Shown here: positions 12,560-26,253 of the stretch, piece after piece
Layout of the letters: every line of letters starts with the position of its first letter
How positions within the stretch are numbered: position 1 is the stretch's first letter
NCBI GenBank assembly: GCA_964016885.1
Contig: OZ024752.1
Span: 7,564,001-7,628,000 of the forward strand
Source: Eledone cirrhosa
Taxonomy: Eukaryota
DNA: 64,000 nucleotides
Reading direction: 5' to 3'
Made by a program: the position numbers and the translations under genes
The notes under the pieces: model-generated
Database searches by the model: none
Told to the model about the DNA's origin: nothing
What the model saw: the letters and a program-made list of their open reading frames with translations, nothing else

Positions 12560-13145
12560 TCAACCACCTTGCAGAGTGTACTGGGTGTATTTTGTCTTGA
12601 CACCATCTCTACCACCTTACAGGGTGTACTGGGTGTATTTTGTCTTGACACCATCACTACTACCTTACATGGTGTACTGGGTGTATTTTGTGACACCATC
12701 ACTACCACTTGTACACTACAGCGTGTACCATGAGCTTTTGTCTTGACACCATCACTACCACCTTACAGGGTAAACTGAGCTTTTGTCATGGCACTACCAC
12801 TACCATCTTACAGGGTGTACTGTGAGCTTTTGTCGTGACACCATCACTACAACTTTACAGGGTGTACTGGGTGTTTTTGTCGTGGCACCATTGCTACTAC
12901 CTTACAGGGTGGACTGGGTGTTTGTGTCGTGGCACCATCACTACCACCTTACAGGGTGGACTGGGTGTTTGTGTCGTGGCACCATCACTACCACATTAGA
13001 GGGTGGACTGGGTGTTTGTGTCGTGGCACCATCACTACCACATTACAGGGTGGACTGGGTGTTTGTGTCGTGGCACCATCACTACCACATTACAGGGTGT
13101 TTTTGTCCTGGTCCCATCACCACCACCTTCTTGGGTCTAACTGTA
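12560..13145 (+). repeat. ~47-48-bp minisatellite derived from a SINE segment
   Basis: Unit caccatcactaccaccttacagggtggactgggtgtttgtgtcgtgg; related arrays at 34395-34760 and 36690-38165. Confidence 0.85.
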
Positions 13146-13609
13146 AGCTTTTGTCGTGTCCCCAACTCTATGGGAAAGCAAACAACATGTCATGGGGGGG
13201 GGGGGGTTGCACTTGGCTGTATATTGTGGACCATGTCTAGCTTTCCATGGACAGGAACATTAGTGTTGTAGCACATGGTAGAGAGAAATGGTGGTGTGTG
13301 GGGGTGGGGAGAGAAACATCATCATCAGCAACACTGTTAAACGTTTATTTTCGGTGATCACCAGGGCCAAATAAGCTGTCTTGTTCTCAGACTAGACAGG
13401 CGACCTCCTCTAAATTAATAGATTCAGTGTAGGAGTGTGTTTGATGTTGAAGGGAGTTGTGTCTTGGTATGGGTTGAGCTGGGGGGGGGGGGGTTATACG
13501 AGGGTGGTGGTGGTGGTGCGGATATACGAGGGTGGAGGAGAGCTGGGGCGGGGGGAATATACGAGGGTGGTGGGTGGTACAAACAGGTGTTGGTGGTAGT
13601 CTAGGTGTT

Positions 13610-15110
13610 GCCCATTTTTTCTCTGCTTCTTCATTACTGTTCCATGTTGGCATGGGTTGGATATGGAAGTGGTGAGGTGCATCCATCTTTGTGTGATGCT
13701 GAGCTAAGAGGTGGGGGTGGAGGACTAAGATAAAGAAAGGTATTTGAAGGTGATTGGGGGGGAAAACAGACAGGTAGGGGCTGTGTGTTTTCCAACTTCT
13801 CTGCTTCTTCATTACATTCCTCTCCACATGTGTTTTATTTTATACACGTGAGAAAGTCCTTTGTAGTATGGCAAGTTGCCATCTTAATCTTGAGTCATTG
13901 CCTTTGTGAAGTTTGTAAGAGGCCAGCTTCTACCACATCATCCCAAACTGGGACTTCCACTTCCATCCCTAGGTCTACCTCTTCCATCCCTGGGTCTACC
14001 TCTTCCATAGTTTCCATCAACTTTGAGTACCCTGCACCTCTCTATGCAGATGTTACCCTCCATACACATCACATGTCTATCTAACTTTGAGAAATATATG
14101 CCGGCCTCCCACACATATCTGTCATTGTACGTAAAAGGAGAGTAAGATTTGCTGGCCACTGCCATTGCACCACCTCTGAGGTTGTGTCCCCATTAGTGCT
14201 CTGGAAACCACAAGCAGTCACTAATAACAGGGGACACAAGCTCTCCTATCCTGACGTCATCTCCAGAGATTCTGGTATTGAAATCCAAGACTTGACAAAT
14301 ATACGGGGAGATCAATTGTTAAGTCGACTTCGGCTGAGGTTGCCGGATAATGATGATGACATGTTGATACCATCACAGTATTCTCTCCTGCTCACTACAT
14401 CTGACCTTATTTATGCCCAGTTTCTCTCTCAGTTCAATTGATGCTTCATCTTTCATGGGTACTACTATTCACATCCATCAGAGGATGCTGGTTTTCTTTC
14501 CAATCTTCATAAGTCCTCTGCCCAAGTCTCACTTCCATGCAATCTACATTTCACTTTGTGGTAGAAGTTTCTGGAACTTTTTCCACCCTGTTTTTATTCT
14601 GGCTACTGTACTTTCAGAACACCAACCCCCATTGCTAATTTGGTCACCCATGTATCAGAAGCTATCAACTACTTCTAGAGAGCCATCTAAGCACTTGATC
14701 AAGCTTGTATTATGTGAGATCTTGCTACTTACAGCTCCTGTGCATTCACCACATACATTGCTAGCCTGCCTCAGATCCCACTACATCTCTTGTGTACCCA
14801 TAGTTTGCATTTGGTACATAGAATGGAATTTCTACCTACTCTTTTCCTACATACTGAGCAAGGTCATTTCCCTGAGGGAATCACAGCTCTATATTCCTTT
14901 CTGTTTACGAGGACTTTAGTCTTTGTCAAGATGATTTTAAGGCTTTTCATTCCAGATTTTAATTCCAAGTCTGGAATTTAATTTCTAATTCAGCTGCAGT
15001 TTCAGCTATAAGGACCAGATCAACATATAGGGGTTCCCATGAGCAACCAGTTTTAAACTTCTCTGTTATGGTCTGTAGAACACTAATAAACAGAAGAGGG
15101 CTGAGGTCAG
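13610..15110 (-). mobile_element. Decayed RTE LINE containing a nested plus-strand LINE 3' fragment (~14160-14360)
   Basis: Remnants KFKTGCSWEPLYVDLVLIAE and GRGRPR; nested piece LSYPDVISRDSGIEIQDL ending in (gat)n. Confidence 0.75.
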
Positions 15111-15943
15111 AACTATATATAAACATACACATATATATTACTTTTACATATTTATACATAGTATATATTATATTATTTATATATAAATTAACGATTTTAT
15201 TTATTATATATTATTTACAATTTGCATGTAGGCAGGTCTCTTGGAAATAGGGTTGTGGGTGTTGAGGGCATTATGTGGTCGTGAGGGGGTGCAGTGGCTC
15301 CAAAGGTTTGAGAACCTCTAGTGTAGATAAACACTAGGGATGTTGTCATGTCTTCCTATCACCAACCCCTTACAGGGTGTACTGGGTACTCTTCCTATCA
15401 CCAACCACTTTACAGGGTGTACTGGGTGCATTTATCATGGCACTACCATTAGAGTGGTTGTCATCATTGACTCAACTGAAAAGCTCTCTTTACCTTACAG
15501 ACGGTGGGGAAGTGGTGTATGGGGGGTGTATGGGTGGGGTGGTGGTTGTGGGGGTGTAGGGGGGGATATGGCAGAGTGGTGGTGGTGGTGTATGGTATAG
15601 GGGTGGGGTGGTGGTGGTGTAGGGGTGTGGTGGGGTGGTGGTGGTGTATGTCATAGCCAAGTGCCAAATGTGGAGGTATTTGAGAGGTTAAGGGCTGGTG
15701 AATGGGAGGGAAGACTTCTGGCAGTGTGAGAGGTGCTGTGGTGATAACAACTACAGACTGGTTGGGGTCGGGTGATCTAGGGTAGAGGTTGATGTGAGGG
15801 TGACCCTGGATAAAGTAGAGGTGAGTACAGTGATGCTGAGAATAACTTCTAAGGAGTGATAATACACATATGTACACACATATATATATATGTGTGTACA
15901 TATATATATATATACATATGTACACACATACACATGTTTATAT

Positions 15944-15999
<56 letters not shown>

Positions 16000-16030
16000 A
16001 CATATGTACCCACATACACATGTTTATATA

Positions 16031-16089
<59 letters not shown>

Positions 16090-16172
16090 GGTACACACAT
16101 ACACATGTTTATATATGCATATATATATATATGTGTACATATGTACACACATACACATGTTTATATATACAT

Positions 16173-16797
16173 ACCTACCATACTCTGAACGCCTTGCTTC
16201 CCTGGGCATGGATTCATTGAAGCTCCGACATCTGGCAATGGACTTGGTGAATACCCACAAAGTTATTAACCATCTCGCCAATTGCAACCCTGAGCACCTT
16301 TTTGATCTCCATGTGTCTAACACACGTGGACATGCCTACAAAATCAGAAAACAGCACAGCTCCCATGACTTTCGTAGACATTTTTTCACGCTCAGAGTTG
16401 CTGAAGCATGGAACAAACTGCCTGCGTTAATTGTTAGCTGCCGAGACATTTCATCCTTTAAGACAATCATGCTTCCCAAAATACGCCAAAACTACACCTG
16501 ATGTACCCCTTCCATACACATGCACACGTGTGTGTATCATGACTCGTGCACTGTTCATTTTACTGAAGTTTGTGCATTGCCCTATGTACTGTACATGCAC
16601 TTTTTGATGAGTTGTGGTGCACCTGGGCACTGTACACAATATTTCATTATTATTATTGTTGTTATTATATCATGACCCATACACTGTTCATTTTCCTGAC
16701 ATTTGTACATTATTCTATGTACTATACATACACCTTTGATGAGTTGTAGTGCACCTGAGCACTGTACACAATAATTTCATTATTATTATTATTATTA
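16173..16797 (+). mobile_element. CR1-clade LINE 3' fragment with duplicated 3' UTR
   Basis: [11 protein letters not shown]...TRGHAYKI...FFTLRVAEAWNKLP; two copies of the gcactgtacacaat..tttc(att)n tail. Confidence 0.85.
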
Positions 16798-16850
16798 TAC
16801 ATATATATGTACATATGTACACACATACACATGTTTATATATACATACAT

Positions 16851-19322
16851 CATCATCATCATCAACGTTTAACGTCCGTGTTCCACGCTTGCATGGGTTT
16901 GGACGGGGGTAGTCCCACTTGAGGCAAGAGTGATTGTCTTGCTCGCATAGGACTGTCTGGCAGGTTTTCTACAGTTGGATGCCCTTCCTAACACCAACCA
17001 CATTTACAGTGTGGGTCTGGGAGGTTTTTACCGTGTTGCCTACACGGCCACATTACAGCGTGGATTGTGTGTTTTTTTGTCGTGACACCTACACGATCTC
17101 ATTTGTTTCGGCCTATGGCGCGGCACCAACATAACTTTACATAGAACGGGGTGGTGTGGATGGGGTGGTGGTGGTGGGACGGGGTATATTTTGTTAGAGA
17201 TGCCTACTGGTTGGAGTAGGTTTTACTATATATTTAGGTAAGGCGGGTCTTCTCTGTTACTGAGTACCGCCAAAGGTCTCGGTCCAGTGACATTGTCTTG
17301 GAGAGGTGTAAGTGTGTGATGTCGGAGTTTATGAGCTCGTCCCAGGTTTTTCTAGGTCTGCCTACTCCGTGACTACCGTCTATCTTTATTGCCCTGCACT
17401 TTGTTATACAGCTATCGACTTTCATGCGCATCACGTGTCCATACCAACGTAGCCTTCTCTCGAGTAAACAACATCTGATCCCTCTTATCTCTAATTTTTT
17501 CCTTAGTTCGTTTATGCTTTGCCGTTCACGTATATTACTGTTACACATCCAGCGGAGCATGCAAGCTTCGTTCCTCTCTAGTCTGCGTATATCCTCTGCA
17601 CACAATGCCCAGGTCTCACTGCCATGCAGCATTGCTGTTCGTATGCAGGCATCGTACAACCTGCCTTTCATTTTTAGGGAGAACCCTTTAGCAGCTAATA
17701 GTGGTATAAGCTCTCTGAACTTTTTCCAACCAGTTCTGACTCTAGCTACAGTACTTTCAGAGCACCCTCCCCCACTGCTGATTTTATCGCCCAGGTAACG
17801 GAAGCTGTCCACTATTTCTATAGAACCCTCTGCGCAATTGAAAGAGCTAGTATTTTGTGGGCACTTGCTGCTACTTATTGCACCAGAACACCGGCCACAT
17901 GTAAAATCTATGTTCTTAGTTAGCTTACCTGTGATCCCACTACATCTTTTATGCACCCATACTTTGCATTTAGGACATAAAATGGAGTTTCTACCTACGC
18001 CTTTCCTACACACCGAGCACGACCATTTCCCAGAAGGGACCGCCGCCTTGTTTTCTTTCCTACAAACTAGAACTTTGGTCTTAGCCAGGTTAATTTTAAG
18101 TCCTTTTGACTCTAGGCCGTGCTTCCATGTTTGGAATTTCTTCTCTAGCTCGGCCATTGATTCTGCTATGAGTGTCAGGTCGTCTGCGTATAGGAGTTCC
18201 CATAGGCAGCCTGTCTTGAACTCCTCTGTTATAGCCTGAAGGGCAATAATAAATAGTAGGGGGCTGAGAACAGAGCCCTGATGGACGCCAACTTTTACGC
18301 TAAACTCTTCACTATATTCGTTGTTAATTCTAACCTTGCTGACTGTTTCTTTATACATGGCTTGTATAGCCCTCACAAGCCATTCGTCAACGCCTAGTTT
18401 TCTAAGAGCCCACCAGATAATGGAGCGGGGGACTCTGTCGAAAGCTTTCTCCAAGTCGACAAAAGCTAAGTAGAGGGGTTTACCTTTAGCTAGGTACTTC
18501 TCCTGTAGTTGTCGTACTATGAAAAGAGCGTCTGTGGTACTTTTGCCTGACACAAACCCGAACTGCATTTCATCTAGGTCGATTCTCTCTCTGATTAGTT
18601 GCGCTATTACTTTTTCCATGACCTTCATGACCTGGTCGATTAATTTAATGCCTCTATAGTTACTCCTATCTAGGGCGTCTCCTTTACCCTTATAACAGTT
18701 AACGATGATGCTGCTATGCCAGTCCTTCGGAACAACCCCATTCTGTACGACTTGGTTAACTATGCGGGTGACCATGGTGTGTCCCACCGTGCCAGATGCC
18801 TTCAGCATCTCAGCAACTATTTCCGAAGGCCCAGCCGCCTTACCCGTCTTCATATCCTTGATTGCCTTACTTATTATACTCCCCTCGACTAACACTGCTG
18901 GTCCCTCTATTGGGTCGATATGGGGGAGACTGTCTTTCTCCCATTTATTCTCCTCATTTAGTAGCCTTTCGTAGTGACACTTCCAAGCTACCTTCTTATC
19001 AGCGTCGGTGATGGCAAGTGTGCCATCGTCGTTTAGTACACACTTCTCCCCGACAATATCACGGTTTTCCTTGACGCATTGCCTAGCAATCCTGAACACC
19101 TCACGTTTTTGGTCATCGCGTTGTAGAACATGCTTGAACTTTCTTTCCTCAGCTTCCCTTCTTGCTAAGTACACTTGTCTCCTAGCTTCCCTCCTGGCCA
19201 CTTGATAGTCTTCTCTACTTCCCCCATCCCGCCATACTTTCCAAGCCTGCTTTTTGGCCTTAATTGACCCCTCCACCTTACTGTTCCACCACCATGTTAC
19301 TCTCCTCCTGCCTACAGGCCTA
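16851..19322 (-). mobile_element. 5'-truncated young RTE-clade LINE
   Basis: Uninterrupted RT ORF, 3' UTR and (gat)n tail; 5' end abuts a microsatellite. Confidence 0.95.
17234..19322 (-). CDS. RTE reverse transcriptase (endonuclease domain lost) with PHD-like zinc finger
   Basis: NYRGIKL, FVDLEKAFDRV, GVHQGSVLSPLLF, LLYADD, CSVC..CPKC..HKRC..CGRC; first ~55 aa of the ORF-track call are microsatellite. Confidence 0.9.
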
Positions 19323-19351
19323 CATATATATATATATATACATATATATAC

Positions 19352-19391
<40 letters not shown>

Positions 19392-19662
19392 ACATATATA
19401 TATACATATGTACACACATACACATGTTTATATATACATACATATATATATATATCACATATATAAATAAAGATTGTTGCTGACATAATTCTCCTCCCGT
19501 TTCACCCATCTCTATATTTCCCCTCACACCTTTACTTTTCTCTTTACTGACCACTGGTCACTGATTCTGCCCTTAGAGGTATTTTTACCTGACTTACATG
19601 CTGTTGTCATTGACAACATTTAGCTGTTTTAACAGTTATTCCTTGTGTTCGAGTTTTCAAAT

Positions 19663-19700
<38 letters not shown>

Positions 19701-19734
19701 TCATCATCATTTCACGTCCGCTTTTAGTAATAAT

Positions 19735-19897
19735 AATAAATCCAAAGAGGGCTCGATAAGGATAAATATATATTAAATATATAAGAACCATAGAGCAAAT
19801 TTTTATTAAAATAACAGATTAAAGTTCAAGCAAGATCTCGTTAAGGGTGAAAGCAGCAATTCTTTGCTTAATCTTTAATCTGTTATTTTAATAAATA
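19735..19897. mobile_element. TA-anchored fold-back repeat (family E)
   Basis: Matches 2655-2795 and 48295-48370(-); inverted arms tttattaaaataacagattaaag / ctttaatctgttattttaataaa. Confidence 0.65.
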
Positions 19898-19992
19898 TAT
19901 ATATATATAATTATATATATATATATATATATATAATTATATATATATATATATATATATAATTATATATATATAATTATATGTGCATGTAC

Positions 19993-20043
<51 letters not shown>

Positions 20044-20269
20044 ATTATGTGTGCGTGTAGATGTATATAAATATATATGTAATTATGTGTGCGTGTAGAT
20101 GTATATAAATATATGTGTACATATATATACATATACATATCATCATCTTTGTTTAATGTCCATTTTCCCCGCTTCCATGGATTAGACGGGTCGCTGAGTT
20201 ATGAGACAAGTCAGGTCAGAAGACTGCATCTTGCTCATATGAACCTATATATATATTTATATATATAGG

Positions 20270-21960
20270 TTCATCATCTTCGTTTTTATGTCCATTTTCC
20301 ATGCTTGTATGGGTTGGATGGGTCCTTCTCAGCAGAGCATCTCTCCACTTACCACATTTCTTCGTCATCTCCTCTGTGAGTGTCAGCTTCTATTACCTCT
20401 GCCCAGGTCTTTTTTTGGGGTCAACCTCTACTGCAGCTTCCTTCCTCTGGCATTCCTTGGCACTTCTTCACCCAGTGATTATCATCCATGCACATCACAT
20501 GTCTAAACCAACAGTCTTCTCTCCTGCACACCACCTCGGATTCCTCTTAAACCCAGTTTTTCCCTTAATTTATCCAAGCTCTGCTTTTTTCTTACACTTA
20601 CATTACACATCCAACAAAGCATGGCTGCTTCATTTCTCTCCAACCCATGTCTTCTGCAGTCACAGCCCATATTTCACTACCATGTAGCACCACATGTCCT
20701 CTGCAGTCACTGCCCATGTTTCACTACCATGCAGTACCACATGTCTTCTGCAGTCACAGCCCATGTTTCACTACCATGCAGCATCACATGTCTTCTGCAG
20801 TCACAGCCCATGTTTCACTACCATGTAGCACCACATGTCCTCTGCAGTCACAGCCCATGTTTCACTACCATGTAGCATCACATGTCTTCTGCAGTCACAG
20901 CCCATGTTTCACTACCATGCAGCATCACATGTCTTCTGCCGTCACAGCCCATGGTTCACTACCATGCAGCACCACATGTCTTCTGCAGTCACAGCCCATG
21001 TTTCACTACCGTGTAGCACCACTTCACTACCATGTAGCACCACAGGTCTTCTGCAGTCACAGCTCATGTTTCACTACCATGTAGCACCATATGTCCTCTG
21101 CAGTCACAGCCCATGTTTCACTACCATGTAGCACCACATGTCCTCTGCAGTCACAGCCCATATTTCACTACCATACAGCATCACATTTCACACACAGGCA
21201 CCATAATTCGTACTTTTTTTACGTAGGGAGAAACCTTTTGTGACCAACAGTGGGAGTAGCTCTCTAAACTTTTTCAATCCTATCCTTATTCTAGCTATTA
21301 TGCTCTCAGAGTACCCTCCTCTGTTGCTAATTAAGTCACCTAGATAGCAGAAGCTATCAACTACTTCTATAGATCCTTCCTGTGACTGGAACAAGTTTAC
21401 ATCACTGGTTCTCTCCCCCTCGATTACCCCTGTTCATCTTTTACATACAAAGTCTTCCCTGTTAGTCTACCAGTTATTCCACTACATCTCCTGTGAACTT
21501 AAGAGTTACATTGTGTACATTCTATGGAGTTTATACCTACTTCCTGGAAGGGACTAGGGTCCTATCTTTTCTCCTACTCACTAGAACTTTAGCTTTAACT
21601 AAGTTTACTCTCAGACCTTTTGATTCCAAATTTTGTTTCCCTAGTCAGAGCTTATTTTCTAGTTCTTTTATGGATAGAGAAGTTCTCATGGACAACCAGT
21701 TTTAAACTCCCCTGTTATGGCCTGGGGAACTATGATGAACAGCAGTGGGCTCAGAACTGAACCTTAATAAACTCCTACTTGTACCTTGAATTCCTCACTA
21801 AATCATTTCCTACTCTCACTTGACTGACAGCTCTTCTGTACATAGCTTGCACTACTCTCACAAGCCATTATTCTACACCTAATTTCCTTAAGGACCACCA
21901 GATAATAGATCGGGGTACTCTGTCAAAGGCCTTCTCTAGATCAACAAAAGCTAAATATAG
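20270..21960 (-). mobile_element. Decayed RTE LINE hosting a 47-bp minisatellite
   Basis: EGSIEVVDSFCYLGD, KKFRELLPLL, and FVDLEKAFDRVP remnant near 21910-21955. Confidence 0.85.
20646..21185. repeat. 47-bp minisatellite, ~11.5 copies, from RT-coding sequence
   Basis: Reverse complement of the unit encodes MLHGSETWAVTAEDM. Confidence 0.9.
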
Positions 21961-22464
21961 CACACTTTAAAATATGTAAGGGTTAGCACCAGGAAGGGTG
22001 AGTAGCTATAGTTAACTGCCTGAAAACCTTTGTTCTAGCACGTCTCCATAGAAAAGAGCAGACAATGATGATGACTAAGTTTATTTAGAGATGTCCAATA
22101 TATGAATCACCAGATCTTGTGTGTATTGGATATTTCTGAAATCTTTGGTATCGCTCAACAATTGGTTTCTATCAATGGTGCATTTACTAGCTTCCTCCTC
22201 TCACTTGTTTACATTGCCTGTGTGTAGAGAGAGACAGTATTATTTCAGTGTTTAATTGTATACACACATACATATATATAGATGTATATATGTGTGTGTA
22301 GAGAGAGAGAAAGAGAGACAGTATTATTTCAGTGTACCAATTCTACACACACACACATACATACATGTATATATATATAAAATGATGATGATGATGATGT
22401 GTGTGTGTTGACTGTGATATTTCTGTACACATATTTTGTAATTGATCAATATGTATGTATAGGC

Positions 22465-22492
<28 letters not shown>

Positions 22493-22497
<5 letters not shown>

Positions 22498-22920
22498 AGA
22501 TCAAAAGATGGTTAAAGGAGTTCCATATATTTTATTATGCGCATTTCAAAAACAAACATCATCAAACAATAATATTTGCGTTTTCATCAGATAAAACAGG
22601 AGAACATGATATGAAGGCTAAAAAAACACTTGTTGATAGTGCAGTTTTAAATCAACATATCATATGTTGATTTAAAACTGCACTATCAACAAGTGTTTTT
22701 TTAGCCTTCATATCATGTTCTCCTGTTTTATCTGATGAAAACGCAAATATTATTGTTTGATGATGTTTGTTTTTGAAATGCGCATAATAAAATATATGGA
22801 ACTCCTTTAACCATCTTTTGATCTTATATTATGCATACTCCAGTCCCACAAACTGTAGAGTGCTTCTTATCCGATATCTGCATTGCTTTATTGTACTACA
22901 ATAAAACTCACCTCCTACAT
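22493..22920 (+). mobile_element. Fold-back PLE-like element (family A) with perfect ~165-bp arms
   Basis: Centre aacatat-c-atatgtt at ~22661; HHR 22725-22793(+) with mirror copy 22529-22597(-). Confidence 0.9.
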
Positions 22921-23263
22921 TATATATATATATATATACATATATATATACAGCTGGCCATCCAACCTTTTTGGCTGATAAACGATGATATATATATATA
23001 TATATGTATATATGTATTTGTTACTTATTTCTCATATTTTACTTTTCTCAATATATGTATATACACAACAGTCAATGTATTTATACACACCACTCAGTAT
23101 ATGTATATACACATCACTCAATATAAACACACAGCACTCAATATATGTATAGACAGCACTCAATATATGTATATATACACCACTCTCACATACACACACA
23201 TCAGTAAATAGTTGACAGAAAGCATTAGTCATTATCCAGAACTAAAACTGTTTCCAACATAAC

Positions 23264-23555
23264 TTAACCCTTTACCATTACATTATATATACTATTGTAT
23301 TTTCATGGTAATGTCTTTACCTCACATAATATCTCACATACCATTTACATTACTCTATATATACTATTATATTTTCATGGTAAAGGCTTTACCTCACATG
23401 ATATCTCACATGATAAAGAATTTATGAGATTTTGCTATTATTTATTGTAAGAACAATACCTTAACATCAGTATGAGTGGCCGGTTACAGCTGGTTTTAAG
23501 AGAAAGAGGTGAGAACATTTTGGTTGGATATGGCTGGTTTAAATACTAGAGTTAA
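23264..23555 (+). mobile_element. piggyBac-like MITE with two internal ~72-bp units
   Basis: TTAAcccttt start; homologous to 31827-32018. Confidence 0.65.
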
Positions 23556-24567
23556 TAACATTATAATTACATGTCTTGCTCAATCTATATTTGCTATTAT
23601 TGATCTCTGAAAATTTCCTGATATTTTGTTCATATTTTGACAAGGTACTAGGCCAGCAATCTTTTACTAATGGTCCACTTTGGCCTCTACTTTAGTGTTA
23701 CCCATGGCCTCACATGTATATTAGATCATATTTTACAAACATATCAAAAGGTCCAGAGACCCACTTGTTACTCATATGTATATCAGAATGTAGGCAGCAA
23801 ATTGACAAAGTCGTTAGTATGTTAGATAGAATAATTTATAGTATTTGTTCCAGCTCTCTCTGCTCTCGGTTCAAATCCTGCCAAGGTCAACTTTGCCTTT
23901 CATGTTTTCGAGGTCGATAAAAAAAGTGCCAGTCTAGTACTGGGGTCGATTCTTCCTCTATATCTTTCTCTGGAAGAAATCTGCTACTCAGCCCTGGAGA
24001 GGGATGGGCTCTGCCAGGCTTAAAATACAGAAGAAACACTGTATGTCAAATCAGCACCTTATGACTCTATCGGGAGATAAGGGACCATACATGTTAGATT
24101 ATATTTTACATGTAAACATATGAAAAAGTCAGAGACCCATTTGTTGCCGACACCTGCACTAGGCCAACTTTGTAAGGAGAATAATAAATACTATATCTTA
24201 GGTTCTTATTTTACTGATACAAAAGAAATGAGAAGAAAAATCCTCTTTGATGAGAATTGAATAACCAGATAGAATAATTCAAATAGATCAGGGTTAAGAC
24301 TTTCAGATTCTGATTCATATAGATCAGGGTTTGGTAATCTTTATACGGCTAGATGCCCTTCCTGTCACCAACCACTTTACAGTGTATACTGGGTATATCT
24401 ATTGTGTAGATCACCAACACTAGGGAGGTTGTCATGTCCTCAACACAACTAAATAGGCCGCTCAACTCTGTTTGGCAATCTTTCTACAGCTAGATACCCT
24501 TCCTGTCACCAACCACTTTAGTGTGTACTGGGTGTATTTATTGTGAGAGATGTAAAACAATCACTCC

Positions 24568-25390
24568 AGAGATATCATGAAAGACATGGCTACTGTGGTA
24601 ACAAGAATATATAATGGAAGAGATATCATGAAAGACATGGCTACTGTGGTAACAATAATATATAATGGAAGAGATATCATGAAAGACATGGCTACTGTGG
24701 TAACAAGAATATATAATGGAAGAGATATCATGAAAGACATGGCTACTGTGGTAACAATAATATATAATGGAAGAGATATCATGAAAGACATGGCTACTGT
24801 GGTAACAATAATATATAATGGAAGAGATATCATGAAAGACATGGCTACTGTGGTAACAATAATATATAATGGAAGAGATATCATGAAAGACATGGCTACT
24901 GTGATAACAATAATATATAATGGAAGAGATATCATGAAAGACATGGCTACTGTGGTAACAATAATATATAATGGAAGAGATATCATGAAAGACATGGCTA
25001 CTGTGGTAACAATAATATATAATGGAAGAGATATCATGAAAGACATGGCTACTGTGGTAACAATAATATATAATGGAAGAGATATCATGAAAGACATGGC
25101 TACTGTGGTAACAAGAATATATAATGGAAGAGATATCATGAAAGACATGGCTACTGTGGTAACAATAATATATAATGGAAGAGATATCATGAAAGACATG
25201 GCTACTGTGGTAACAATAATATATAATGGAAGAGATATCATGAAAGACATGGCTACTGTGGTAACAATAATATATAATGGAAGAGATATCATGAAAGACA
25301 TGGCTACTGTGGTAACAAGAATATATAATGGAAGAGATATCATGAAAGACATGGCTACTGTGATAACAATACATAATGGAAGAGATGTTC
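24568..25390. repeat. 51-bp minisatellite, ~16 near-identical copies
   Basis: Unit agagatatcatgaaagacatggctactgtggtaacaataatatataatgga. Confidence 0.95.
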
Positions 25391-25437
25391 TTGGTTTATA
25401 CACAGTAATAAAATAACAAGATGTTTCCATAGCCTTA

Positions 25438-25790
25438 TGGAGGCACATGGCTTAGTGGTTAGAGCATTGGCCTTGTAATCGAAAGGTTGCGAGTTCAATT
25501 CTCAGACCGGGTGATGTGTTGTTTCCTTGAGCAAGATGCTTTATTTCACATTGCATCTCATTTCTACAGCTGAGTAGACTGGAGCAAAGTGGTCGTGGAG
25601 GTGCCATGGCAAAAAAGCACCCAGCCTACACTGTAATGTGGACATGTAGGCGCATGGAAAAAAAGCACCCAGCACTCACTTTAAATGAGGTTGGTGCTAG
25701 GAAGGGCATCCAGCTGTAGAAATCAAGCCAGAATCAGTTCCCGTCCCACCCTTCCAAGCAGGGAAAAGCAGACGTAAAATGATGATTATA
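25438..25790 (+). mobile_element. tRNA-derived SINE
   Basis: A box tggcttagtgg, B box gttcaattc, gtgttgtttccttgagcaag domain, (atg)n tail; relatives at 42183-42490(+) and 58860-59130(-). Confidence 0.75.
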
Positions 25791-26213
25791 TGGGCATATG
25801 TTCATTGTTTTGTCACCCTGATTGAAACGACTTCATACCCAACTAGTCACATAGTTATCTTGTCTAATGTTTTGGGACATCTCACCTCTACAATGTCTCC
25901 AGAAGATATTCTAGTCAATCACAGATTCACATTTTTTATAGTGAGAGAGACTGTGTAACAAGTGTATATTAAATATAAGATTTGTTTGAATGCACTGCTT
26001 TATCAGTTTATTGCCTATATACATCATCAAAATATACACGCATGTATATATATATATATAAAACTTACACTGTAGAGCATTCTTTTCATCAGTTCTTCAT
26101 GCATGTATATATATATATATACAGTATTTACGTATCGAGAGAGAGAAAAAAAGGCGAGGATAGGTGATACATATAGTTATTTGCCAAGTAGCGTATGCCA
26201 AAGGTAAAAACTC

Positions 26214-26253
26214 TTTCCTTGAGAAGCTCAACTGGGCGAAACGTACGTAGGTG
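26214..26253 (+). ncRNA. Minimal hammerhead, U3-A8 core variant
   Basis: cc-TTGAGAA-gctc-aact-gggc-GAAACGTACGTA-gg inside a TA-flanked insert at 26125-26295; stem I is weak. Confidence 0.55.

Noticed and set aside
24538-25448. Three long ORFs over the 51-bp array
   Set aside because: Unit length is a multiple of 3 so several frames stay open by chance; no synonymous-site pattern or gene context
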